Part shown: piece by piece, positions 13,505 to 23,307 of the stretch | Layout: each line of letters begins with the position of its first letter | How positions within the stretch are numbered: the first letter of the stretch is position 1 | DNA from: Cyanophora paradoxa CCMP329 | Lineage: Eukaryota; Plantae; Glaucophyta | Reading direction: 5' to 3' | NCBI GenBank assembly: GCA_004431415.1 | Contig: QPMI01000625.1 | Coordinates: 65,999-129,998 of the forward strand | Length of the DNA: 64,000 bases | The notes under the pieces: generated by a model | What the model was told of the DNA's origin: nothing | Database searches by the model: none | What the model saw: the letters and a program-made list of their open reading frames with translations, nothing else | Position numbers and translations under genes: made by a program

Positions 13505-13710
13505 CTGCGTTCAGCGTAGACAGAGCTAGCTAGCTGTGTACTACGCCTGTCTGGGCTACGCATAGGAAGGTGCGGCCCTCGCCGTTGCCGGCCCGGCCGT
13601 TGCCCCCCCGAGGCCCGTAAGGGGAGTAACGCTCCACCCCCGCACAGCCTAGGCCGCGTGCGTGTCGTGTGCAGCATCATCGTCGTCGTTCTTGGGCGGT
13701 GGGAGTTCCT
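13505..13710 (+). mobile_element. Fragment of dispersed element end, subfamily A (ctgcgttcagcgtagacag...)
   Basis: Near-identical to 32318-32522, 36280-36483 and the reverse complement within 22913-23198. Confidence 0.9.
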
Positions 13711-13744
13711 TTTGATCTTGTGATTGCACTGCACTGCACTTAAG

Positions 13745-13895
13745 CGCTTAGGTCGGACATCTTTAATTGCGATTACGATAGCCCAACATCTTTAGGCCCT
13801 GAGGGGTCGGACATCTTAAGCTTTGATTGCGATTACGATTAGGGGTTGGATGAATGAGCTTAGGTCGGACGTCTTTGATTACGATTACGATTAAA
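13745..13895 (+). repeat. Degenerate tandem copies of the ~34-nt motif (A)GGGGTTGGACGTCTTTGATC(T)GCGATTACGAT(T/C)
   Basis: ggtcggacatcttt...gcgattacgat three times here; also at ~14452-14492, 22787-22870, 23228-23300, 29801-29830, 34778-34853, and reversed at ~46250-46325 and 47250-47280. Confidence 0.8.
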
Positions 13896-14250
13896 TACTA
13901 GGTCTTCGACTTGCCCCCCGGGCCCGCCCCCTGATCGTCTCAGGATGTGCAAGGTGGGGTCTAATTATATAATTCGAAATAAACAGAGATGGCGCCGGCA
14001 GTTGCAGGCTGCAGCTCGGGCGCGCTCGCTAGGCGGCGTAGGCCTGGGCCTGGAGCCAACTGGAATATCGAAATCGAAATTGAAGTGCCACGGTGGAACA
14101 AATAGCCCTGAGCCCTGCTGGCATCGCCACCGCCTGCCGAGCCTCCGCCCCGCGCCCCGTGCCTCCGCCCTGCCGGGCGAGCCGCTCCGCCACCCTTTCG
14201 ATTTCGAGCTAAAGGGGGGGAGGGGGGGTGCTTCGATTTGGCGGGATTCG

Positions 14251-14416
14251 ATTTCGATGCTGGGATGCAGCTGTAAGAGTGCTCGCTGACATCCTTTGTT
14301 CACGGTGCAGGCAAACTGAGGAGCTTCAAAGGCAACAGGCAAAGCTGGAGAGCGGCAGGCAACAGGTTGAAGTTTTGCGGAAAAAATTCAACCCTCTCAA
14401 CAAAATTATTACCCTG
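14251..14416 (+). pseudogene. Fragment (intron plus exon) of a paralogue of the BTB-DUSP gene at 35211-35382
   Basis: Shared gtaagagtgctcgctgacatccttt...ttttgcggaaaaaattca.ccctctcaacaaaattattac; peptide QTEELQRQQAKLE...KKFNPLNKIITL vs QTDELQRQQAKLE...KKFSPLNKIITL. Confidence 0.85.
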
Positions 14417-14999
14417 CAGCTGGTTTGTAATCTAAGGGGTGACTGAGCGTATGTCGGACGTCTTTGATCTGCGATTACGATTAGGGGTTGGATATCGATG
14501 GCTGACTCAGTGAGCTTCAAGGCTTCGGTCGGGCGTCCTTGATCATGATCTACTTGGGCTATCGATATCATAGTATCGATTGATGCCCCTATCGATATCG
14601 TTCGGTGCCCGAAGTTTGCTATGCCACATGCCATGATGGGCAGTGTACAGTTTGCTATGCCACATGCGCAGTATACATCCCACACTTGTAGCCCGAACGG
14701 TGCGATTTAGTTCGTGTCCAAATGCGAGTACAACTATATCATGGCATAGTGTTCAATGAAGGGGATGAGAGGAGAGAACAGCCCGGACCTGCGTTTTGAG
14801 TACGTGTCCAAATGCGTCTAGCTGCAGCAAAAAAAACTTGAAAACTGGGCCCTTATCATGATCATGAGGGGTTGGGCCCCTGTGTGCTTCCCGCGTCTAT
14901 GATCATGATCATGATTACGATTACGATTAAGCTCAAAACTTTTGAAAGCGGAAGAGGAAGCTCGAATTGTGCGGGCACCTCTAGCTGGACCTAGCTATA

Positions 15000-15159
15000 G
15001 CCAGAGTGTCCGCGGGGAGGCGCATTACTCTCCTTAGGGGGCCACGCAGGGCCCGGCCGGCCAGCTCGCTGGTGGGCTGGGCCCGCGGCTACGGCGGCCG
15101 CAGTGTACATTCCCACGCTTGTAGCCCGGAACTGTGTTTTAGTACGTGTCCAAATGCGA
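15000..15159 (-). mobile_element. Fragment of dispersed element end, subfamily B
   Basis: Reverse complement of ~22240-22392; shorter pieces at ~14668-14728 and 14780-14816. Confidence 0.85.
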
Positions 15160-15190
15160 GAGTAAGTCACAGATACAGCGGAGTGTGTGT

Positions 15191-15289
15191 GGAGTGTGGC
15201 GGGCAGGAGAGGGGGGAGGGAGGGAGCTATCCGCGGAGAGGGGCTGGAAGACGGGGCTGGCGAGGTGTGACGTGGTCAGGGCGGAGTGT
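15191..15289 (-). repeat. Inverted copy of an exon segment of the NACHT-WD40 gene (7058-7140)
   Basis: 41-nt exact reverse-complement core atccgcggagaggggctggaagacggggctggcgaggtgtg plus flanking similarity. Confidence 0.9.
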
Positions 15290-15315
15290 CCGTTAGCCGC
15301 TAGTCTACATCTAAA

Positions 15316-17347
15316 CTAAAGATGATAAGAGATGATACTACGGATCTGTGGTACTCTTTTCGCCTGTCCAAAAGGGCGATTGTCAATATACACACTATGC
15401 AGAAAATTTCAAATCATGCGCACAGGGGGCAGGTGGCTGACCAGCATCGCACCAACGCCCACCATCAGTGGCTTCGCTGCCAGTCTTGCCATTCTCGACA
15501 TTGACAATCAGGTCCTTATCCTCACGCTGACGCTCCAGCTTACTCCGCAGCTCTTTCTCTCGGCTCTGCCCCTTCCTGGGCCTGGGGCTCCGACTACGGC
15601 TTCTGCTGTGGCTTCGTTTGCGCCCACGCCTGTGCCGACCATGCTCTCGATCCCGGCTGCGGCTGTGATCTTTGCTGCGGCCTTGACTCCGGTCCCTGCT
15701 GCTGTCCCTGCTCCGGTCCCTGCTCCGGTCCCTGCTCCGGTCCCTGCTCCTGCCCCTGCTCCGGTCCCTGCTCCGGTCCCTGCTCCTGCCTCTGCTCCGT
15801 CCATCCGTGTGCTCCTTGCTGCGATTGCGACTGCGGTCCCTTCGTGCTGTTCAGCGCACGAAACCGTGGAGATGCATAGGCGTAAATGCACCGTCGATCA
15901 TGTCCTCGGTCCCGGTTACGGCTCCTGCTACGGCGATGCCCTCGGTCATCTCGGTCACCTTGGTCTTGCTCCTTGCGGCTATCACGTTCAGCAGCGCCAA
16001 CAACCACCTGCCCAGCAGATTCGGCATCGAGAGAAGGCAATGATTCCTGAGACAATTCTTGTTCACACAACATGCAAAGAAAGACTCGAACAAATACGTG
16101 TACCTGTGCTTCTTGTGCCGGGAGAATGCCACTCAAGGCAGCAGGTACCACCTAAAGAAGCTTGGTACAAGGAAAGACTTGAAAAAATACACACGCACTG
16201 GTGCATCTTGTGCCTGTGCACTGGCTTCCTTCAAAGATGTGTAGGCGGGCACGATATGCTCGTAGAGCCGGAGTAGTGTACCCACGATGTTGTCCACCTC
16301 TGCGCGCGACCGAGCGTGAGCAGAAAGCCTACCGGAGCCATGACACATGAGTTAACGAACGATCTTTGGTGGTGTCGAAGACCTGCCACCATCCGATGTC
16401 TTCTGGAAGCGGAAGACCCACCTGCCTCGCCGCAAGCCAGATGGCGGCCGTAGCAATGCACTCAGGTCGATGTAGCACACAAAGATCGGTGTGAAGACTG
16501 CTGGTGCTGTCACGAATCAAGCTCATCTTTGAAGGCGGGCATTCCCACCTGTCATTGACGTAATGCCAGGCAACCCGCGCCACCGCTTCAATGAGACGCT
16601 TGTCATTGCCGAGGTACTGCATGTACGATGTCACGTATTTGTGAGGGTGCTCCACGTGCAGGATGAAGCCGAGCTCCTTCAAAATATAGCGTTCTGCTTT
16701 CACCACCTGGTCCTTCATGTCGTAGTAGGCCTGCCGATCGCTGAGCGCCGTCAGGGCTTCGGGCACTAGCAGGGCGGACCTGAGACAGAGGATCCAGGAC
16801 GTCCGTGGGCGACTTCCCAGACTTCTTTTGGAACAGGTGATGAAAAACGTTCATAACGTCTCGCAGCTTCTTCGGCGTCTCCTCGATCTTCGAAGAAAGA
16901 AACAGCGCAGCCACTGCCACGTCCTGCCATTGCGCTCGGGCTCGGCAGCTTGAGGAGGGCGCTGGCCGCAGCGCTGCGGACCTTCACGTCGTGCCTCCGG
17001 AACGAGCGGACGTGGTAGAAGCGGTGGAAGATGACCTGCCCCGTTGCGATAGTTACCTGTGGCCTGCGTACCAGTCAAGGAAGCGGGAGGGAGACGCAAA
17101 CGTCAGCGGCGCGAGGCGCACAGCTTCAGCAGGATCCCAGCTTCGTGGATGAGCTGGCTCCCGTACATTCGCTGGCTGAACTCGGTCTCCTCGTCCACGG
17201 CATCCTGGCGGCTCGGCGTATTCGCGTACTGCGCCGGCGCTCAGCGCTCGGCCGGAGCCGGATACGCGCCGGAGCGAGGCGCGCCTGCTCAGGCGTGATG
17301 TAAAAATTGTTCGAGATGACCCGCGTGGGCCTGCGCGCAGCGTACAT
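15316..17347 (-). CDS. CCNL1: Cyclin L (cyclin boxes plus C-terminal RS domain), multi-exon
   Basis: NNFYITPEQ|YANTPSRQDAVDEETE...ELIHEAGILLKL, ATGQVIFHRFY, AALFLSSKIEETPKKLRDV, AERYILKELGFILHVEHPHK, AWHYVND, RS-rich tail with 12-bp RSRD repeats at ~15690-15785. 3' end approximate. Confidence 0.9.
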
Positions 17348-17422
17348 TGGCCCGCAGCCTGACAGGCCCTAACTTTTGCTGGGGGTACGGCGGTCGGCCA
17401 GTTTGCAAGGAAACGAGGTTCG

Positions 17423-20218
17423 ATGGCCGCCGAAGAGGGCCCGAAGAAGGGAGCGGGTGCGTTCGCGCTTGCGTGCGCGTCATTAGGGCTGTTCATGAGT
17501 CGCTCTTGCAGGCCTCGCGGTCCAGTCGCTCGCAAACCTCGACATCACAAAGCTCACGCCGTTGAGCCCCGAAGTCATCAGCAGGCAGGCGACAATCAAC
17601 ATCGGTGCGCGTCCAGCTCCGCGTCCGCCTTGCGTCGAATGGCCCGCTGATCGCGGCACTCGCGGCAGGCACGATCGGCCACGTCGCGCACGGAAAGTCC
17701 ACAGTGGTGAAGGCGATTTCGGGCGTGCAGGTGCGGCGGCGCGCATCGCTAATCTGCGTCGAACGGCGCTCAGCCACCACAGACCGTGCGCTTCAAGAAC
17801 GAGCTGGAGCGCAACATTACCATCAAGCTCGGCTATGCAAATGCGAAGGTGTACAAATGCGAAAATCCCAAGCACCTGCGACCAAGCTGTTTCAAGTCAT
17901 TCGGGAGCGGCAAGGAGGACGCGCCCGTCTGCGAGATCTGCGAGAAGGAAGGTCGGGGGATGCATAGGATGAAGCTGCTCCGGTTTGTGGCCTCTCCCCC
18001 TCCCCAATGCAGTTTTAGCTGCCTTCATGTAGTCATGGCACGGCGTCGACGTTTCTGATCGGATAGTTTCGGCAGGCACGTGTCCTTCGTCGATTGCCCG
18101 GGCCACGATATTCTCATGGCTACCATGCTCAACGGCGCGGCTGTCATGGACGCAGCATTGCTACTCATCGCTGGCAACGAATCTTGCCCGCAGCCGCAGA
18201 CGTCAGAGCACCTTGCCGCGGTCGAAATCATGAAGCTCAAGCACATCATCATTCTGCAGAACAAGATCGATCTCGTGAAGGAGGCCGTTGCCAACGCCCA
18301 GCACAAAGACATCCAAAAGTTCATTGAAGGTGCGAGCGGTCATCGATTTCTGTCACCTCTGGTCTTACTCGGTGTGCAGGCACTGTCGCCGAGGGCGCTC
18401 CTGTCATTCCCATCTCTGCGCAGCTCCGCTACAACATCGATGTAATCTGCGAATACATCGTGAAAAAAATCCCCATCCCTACCCGCAACTTCACTTCCCC
18501 TCCTCGGCTCATTGTCATTCGGTGAGTCTGGCATTTTTTTTCTGGTGCTGGCTGTGAACACTAGAATCGCAGTTCCTTTGACGTCAACAAACCCGGAGAG
18601 GAGGTGGAGGACCTCCGAGGTGGTGTCGCTGGCGGCTCCATCCTTCAGGGTGTCCTGAAGGTGCGCTTTGCGTCCCGTCACCTTCTGTCGTACTTATCTC
18701 CTCTTCCCCCTTTCTTTTCTTTTTCTTCCTCTGGAATCCATGTGATGATAATCTTGAGGCGTTCACATGAATCCTCGTGATATGAAACATCCAATTTAGA
18801 TAGGGACAACTGATCCGGATTCCCCCCCCCCGTTCGCCTTCCCCTTTTTCTTCCTTCGGAATCCACGTGATGATAAATTTGAGGCGTTCACATGAATCCT
18901 CGTGATATGAAACATCCAATTTAGATAGGGACAACTGATCCGGATTCCTCCCCGTTTGCTTTGCTCCCCGAGCCGAATGACGAAAATCAAGAGGCGTTCA
19001 CATGAACTCCATGATTAATAAACATTTTTTTGATAGGAAGACCTGACGCTCGATCTTCTCTTCCTTCCTGCCCTTTCTCTCCCGCCCCAGGAGCAGCTGA
19101 CGATCCGAACACATTCGCATGATTGCCTGTGATTGCGAGCAATTCAATTTGATAGGAAGAACTGATGCTCATTCTGTCCTTTCTCTCTTGACCACAACTT
19201 TCGAAGCTACCGGATTTCTTTTCTTTCCGCCAGATTAAATTCTCTCTTCGCAGATGGGCCAGGAGATCGAGGTACGGCCAGGAATCGTCACCAAGGAGTC
19301 CGACGGTTCAGTGAAGTGCACACCCATTTTCTCGACTATTCTCTCCCTCTACGCAGAACAGGTGCGATTGCAGGCGCCTGATCGTTTTATTTATCTAACT
19401 TCCAACCCCCACCAGAACGAGCTGCAGTATGCAGTGCCGGGCGGTCTCATCGGCGTGGGAACACGCATCGATCCCACACTTACGCGAGCGGATCGCCTCG
19501 TCGGTCAGGTAAACTCTTTTTATCTGAGATTCAGTTCTTCGCATATGATGACAAACTTGAGGCGTTCACATGAATTCTCTTGATTATACATCATCCAATT
19601 TAGATAGGGACAACTGATGCGTTCGAAGAACTCTAGTGATTGGCATAGGGGCATAGGTTTCATTGTATTTTACTGAATCTACCCACAGGTTCTCGGCGAA
19701 GTTGGCAAGCTTCCCGAGGTTTTCATCGAACTCGAAATCAACTTTTTCCTGCTGCGGCGACTTCTCGGCGTGAAGACCGACGGGGAGAAGCAGGCAAGCG
19801 CATTAGTGGCGTGTTTGTGGCAAGCGACTCACTTCCGAGTCTCCGGTAGGGCAAGGTGCAGAAGCTCGCGAAGGGCGAAATCCTTATGGTCAACATTGGT
19901 TCGACTTCTACTGGTGGCAAGATCCTGGCCGTGAAGGCGAGCAGCACTTTTTTTTGTGGTCCATGTGAGGTCGCGATAGCCTAACCGTAATGCAGGCCGA
20001 TCTTGCCAAAGTGCAACTCACATCTCCAGTATGCACATCTGTAGGCGAGAAGATCGCCCTCAGTCGGCGAGTAGAGAAGCATTGGCGGTATTTCCTCGTC
20101 CTCGTCCCTTTTTTAAATGCCTGCTCCATGTCATGACCTTTGCGTGTGCAGGCTCATTGGCTGGGGTCAGATCCGCCGTGGTGTTACTATTCCGCTTACC
20201 TCGGCGCCTGCAAAATAG
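17423..20218 (+). CDS. EIF2S3: Translation initiation factor eIF2 gamma subunit, multi-exon
   Basis: [15 protein letters not shown]|[86 protein letters not shown]|LIGWG. Confidence 0.98.
18733..18823 (+). ncRNA. Intronic box C/D snoRNA 1 (D guide TAGATAGGGACA, snR64/SNORD74-like; D' guide GAGGCGTTCA)
   Basis: Box C GTGATGA 18742-18748, box D CTGA 18810-18813, terminal stem ggaatcc/ggattcc; guides complementary to LSU rRNA segments UGUCCCUAUCUA and UGAACGCCUC (rRNA sequence from memory). Confidence 0.88.
18858..18948 (+). ncRNA. Intronic box C/D snoRNA 2 (near-identical paralogue of snoRNA 1)
   Basis: GTGATGA 18867-18873, CTGA 18935-18938, same stem and guides. Confidence 0.88.
18970..19051 (+). 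ncRNA. Intronic box C/D snoRNA 3 (D' guide as snoRNA 1; D guide TGATAGGAAGA)
   Basis: Box C variant ATGACGA 18977-18983, CTGA 19043-19046, stem gagc/gctc; D guide complementary to LSU UCUUCCUAUCA. Confidence 0.8.
19091..19170 (+). ncRNA. Intronic box C/D snoRNA 4 (D guide TGATAGGAAGA; unassigned D' region)
   Basis: Box C variant CTGACGA 19097-19103, CTGA 19162-19165, stem gagca/tgctc. Confidence 0.72.
19535..19630 (+). ncRNA. Intronic box C/D snoRNA 5 (paralogue of snoRNA 1) in a later eIF2-gamma intron
   Basis: ATGATGA 19545-19551, CTGA 19614-19617, stem ttcttcg/cgaagaa, same two guides. Confidence 0.88.
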
Positions 20219-20375
20219 CCTTTCACTTAAGCGCGCGAGTGCTAGCTATTTCTGGAGCTGCAAAATGTCACGATCAGGGTTCTACGTCGCATTTGGACAC
20301 GTACTAAAACGCAGGTCCGGGCTACAAGTGTGGGAATGTACACTGCGGCCGCTGCGGCCGCAGGCCCAGCCCACC

Positions 20376-21824
20376 TAGGTGCTATGAATTCGCACACACC
20401 GAGACAAATGGCTAGAGATATAACTGAGGTGTCCATCTGTGTCAAGTCGAGAGATGAACCTACGGGACTAGGCCTTTCGGACATCGGACCGGGTGGAGCT
20501 CGGATATGGAAATAACTGGAGACGCTACCCCGGGGACTAAGTCTAGAGCTGCAGCACAGGAAAGATCCTACGCGGGAAAGGGAGTGACTACCCAGGGACG
20601 AGAATAGAAATCAGAGGTGGGCAGCGAAGTGAGCTGCAGCTGTAGCTAGCGCTATGCCTAGTAAGCTAGGGCCTCCGAGACGGCGCACTATAATCTAAAC
20701 CACTCTGTACACGCTAGAGTACGGCCCGCCGTGTCGTCGGCACGGCGGGTCGGGTCGGGGGCTCGCTCGTCCGAGAGCAAGCCTGGTGGAGCCGCCGGGC
20801 TCAGAGCATTCGGGGAAGATTGGTCGGGGGAAAGGGGGACGGGGGCAGGGAGGAGGGCACGGCATGGAGCGACGTTGGGCGGTGGGAAAGGACGGGGGAG
20901 GACCGGGTCGGGCAGCCGCGGTCGGGAGGAGGGAGGCTCCAGTGGCGCGTTCCGCCGGGCTTCCAGCCGCCCGCCGACCGCCTCCCCCCCGCCGCGGGCA
21001 ATGACGAGCCCCCTCCACGGCGGTCCGGCCGTCCCGGCCTGGCGCGTGGCCGGGGCAGGCGCCGGTGGGTTCAGCGGCCGACCGACGACCTTCCACCTGG
21101 CAGCCCGCACCACCGTCCCCTCCCTGGGGTAGCGGGAGATCAGCGGAGCGGAAGGGGCGGAGGGGGTGGGGGGTGGGGCCGTGGGGGAGGGCGACTGGGG
21201 CAACGGGCGAGAGAGGGCAGGGGAGGAAAGAGCAGCGGTGGCGGCGGGAGGCGAGCATGTCGGCGGTAGTGAGGGAGGTGTGGAGGCGCAGGTCGCGCAG
21301 GCGACGGCGGGTCGGCGGCGGGCGCGAGGGCCCGGCGAGCGGCCGTAGGTGATAGGTTGAGAGTGAGGTCGTCAGTGGGCGTAGCGATGGAGTCGCCGTG
21401 TCTCCGCGTCTCCTCCAGTTGTAGCCCCCCCCCTCCCCCCCCCCCCCTACGAGGGTAGGTTAATCGTCCGGGGGGGGCAGGCTCCAGGGGCGGACCTTGG
21501 TACTGTCGTAGAGTTCGTGGGCTTGAAGCGCTGCCTTCCATCCTCGGTATTCCGGCGGGCAGTCAGCGTTCTGGGCTGCACGGAGTTCGTTATGGAGGTG
21601 CAGGGGCCCGTCGCAGGCGGGGCAGTACTCTATCGGGGCACGAGAGCCGCGGGCGCGTTCTTTAGCTCTAGCCCCTGTGCGGCGCGGGCGCGGACGGCGT
21701 TTGGAGGCCTGGGAGATGCGACAGTCCTTCTCCCATGCGGCGTTGATCGCACACCGGTCGGACCAGAGCCGACGCGCGCGTTCTATTAGCATCTGGCGCA
21801 CGCGTTTAGCCGTGCGGGGTGCGC
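20376..21824 (-). mobile_element. 1.45-kb insertion between two identical 502-bp copies; possibly the 3' end of a truncated non-LTR retroelement
   Basis: Interrupts a subfamily-B element at cccacc. Minus-strand ORF remnant RQMLIERARRLWSDRC...CPACDGPLHLH followed by poly-G and ~1 kb of non-coding sequence. The retroelement identity is inference. Confidence 0.4.
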
Positions 21825-22326
21825 GGCGAAATCCTTATGGTCAACATTGGTTCGACTTCTACTGGTGGCAAGATCCTGGCCGTGAAGGCGAGCAGCACTT
21901 TTTTTTGTGGTCCATGTGAGGTCGCGATAGCCTAACCGTAATGCAGGCCGATCTTGCCAAAGTGCAACTCACATCTCCAGTATGCACATCTGTAGGCGAG
22001 AAGATCGCCCTCAGTCGGCGAGTAGAGAAGCATTGGCGGTATTTCCTCGTCCTCGTCCCTTTTTTAAATGCCTGCTCCATGTCATGACCTTTGCGTGTGC
22101 AGGCTCATTGGCTGGGGTCAGATCCGCCGTGGTGTTACTATTCCGCTTACCTCGGCGCCTGCAAAATAGCCTTTCACTTAAGCGCGCGAGTGCTAGCTAT
22201 TTCTGGAGCTGCAAAATGTCACGATCAGGGTTCTACGTCGCATTTGGACACGTACTAAAACGCAGGTCCGGGCTACAAGTGTGGGAATGTACACTGCGGC
22301 CGCTGCGGCCGCAGGCCCAGCCCACC
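21825..22326 (+). repeat. 502-bp direct duplicate of 19874-20375 (last eIF2-gamma exons, 3' UTR and start of element B)
   Basis: Identical by eye at offset 1951; the ORF track shows the same ORFs twice. Confidence 0.95.
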
Positions 22327-22740
22327 AGCGACCGGCCGGGCCCTGCGTGGCCCCCTAAGGAGAGTAATGCGCCTCCCCGCGGACACTCTGGCTAGCTAAA
22401 TAGCTACAGGTGCCCGCATGCGCGGCGTGGTGCTGCATCGCGTCCTGTGAAGGCGGGGGTCGTCTCGGGGCAGTGGCGGGAGCCCCTACAGGCCCTGTGG
22501 GGGGCCCGACATGGAGTCAGCCTGCGCCGGGGGGGGGGGGGGGGGGGGGGCGAAAAGGGGTCAGATCGAAATCGAAAGGTCTCGATATCCAAATCAAAGC
22601 GAACGGGGGCGCACTCGATCGACGAGCCTCCCACCCAGAGGAGCGCCTGCGCGGGCGGAGGACGATCAGCCGCCGAGCTGATCGACGCGTCAGACCCCTC
22701 AAGGCTACCCCTCAAGGCTAATGCAATTCTACGTCGGCCA
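22226..22740 (+). mobile_element. Dispersed element end, subfamily B (starts CAGGGTTCTACG)
   Basis: Similar to 20275-20375, 46456-46750 and 46867-46910; colinear with subfamily A blocks (cccgtaaggggagtaa, gcagcatcgcgtc, ggggtcagatcgaaatcgaa). Confidence 0.75.
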
Positions 22741-22912
22741 CGATTTGCATTAGCACACAACAACAACTACTAGGAGTTATACACAGTGCGATTACGATTA
22801 GCCTAGTAGGACGTCTTTTGATCTGCGATTACGATTAGGACGTCCTTAAGCCTAATCTGCGATTACGATCAGGGTTCTACGTATGCGCCATATACGCCGT
22901 TCTCGATCAGGG

Positions 22913-23198
22913 GACCCCCCTCCGCGCTTGCGCCGCATCGGCCCCGCAGGCTACCGACGGGCCCCGGCCCCACCGGGCCTGCAGGAACTCCCACCGCCCA
23001 AGAACAAAGACAACGATGCTGCACACGACACGCACGCGGCCTAGGCCTAGGCTGTGCGGGGGTGGAGCGTTACTCCCCTTGCGGGCCCTGGGGGGGAACA
23101 GCCGGGCCGGCAACGGCGAGGGCCGCACCTTCCTATGCGTAAACGTAGCCCAGTCCGGCGTAGTACACAGCTAGATAGCTCTGTCTACGCTGAACGCA
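22913..23198 (-). mobile_element. Subfamily A element-end fragment, inverted
   Basis: Reverse complement of ~36281-36560. Confidence 0.9.
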
Positions 23199-23307
23199 AA
23201 AAAGCTAGCTGCTCCAGGCTGGGGCCCAGGGTTGGACGTTTTTGATCTTACAATTAGGCCCTGATCTCGGGGGGTTGGACGTCTTTGATCACGATTAATT
23301 AGGCCCT

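Noticed and set aside
13370-14950. CRISPR array
   Set aside because: Repeats are degenerate with irregular spacing, the context is eukaryotic and there are no cas genes; reported instead as a capture patchwork.
15332-16276. 314-aa + strand ORF with (PAPV)n
   Set aside because: Antisense shadow of the cyclin L RS domain.
18733-18948. Simple minisatellite in an intron
   Set aside because: Boxes C/D, terminal stems and rRNA complementarity explain it as snoRNAs.
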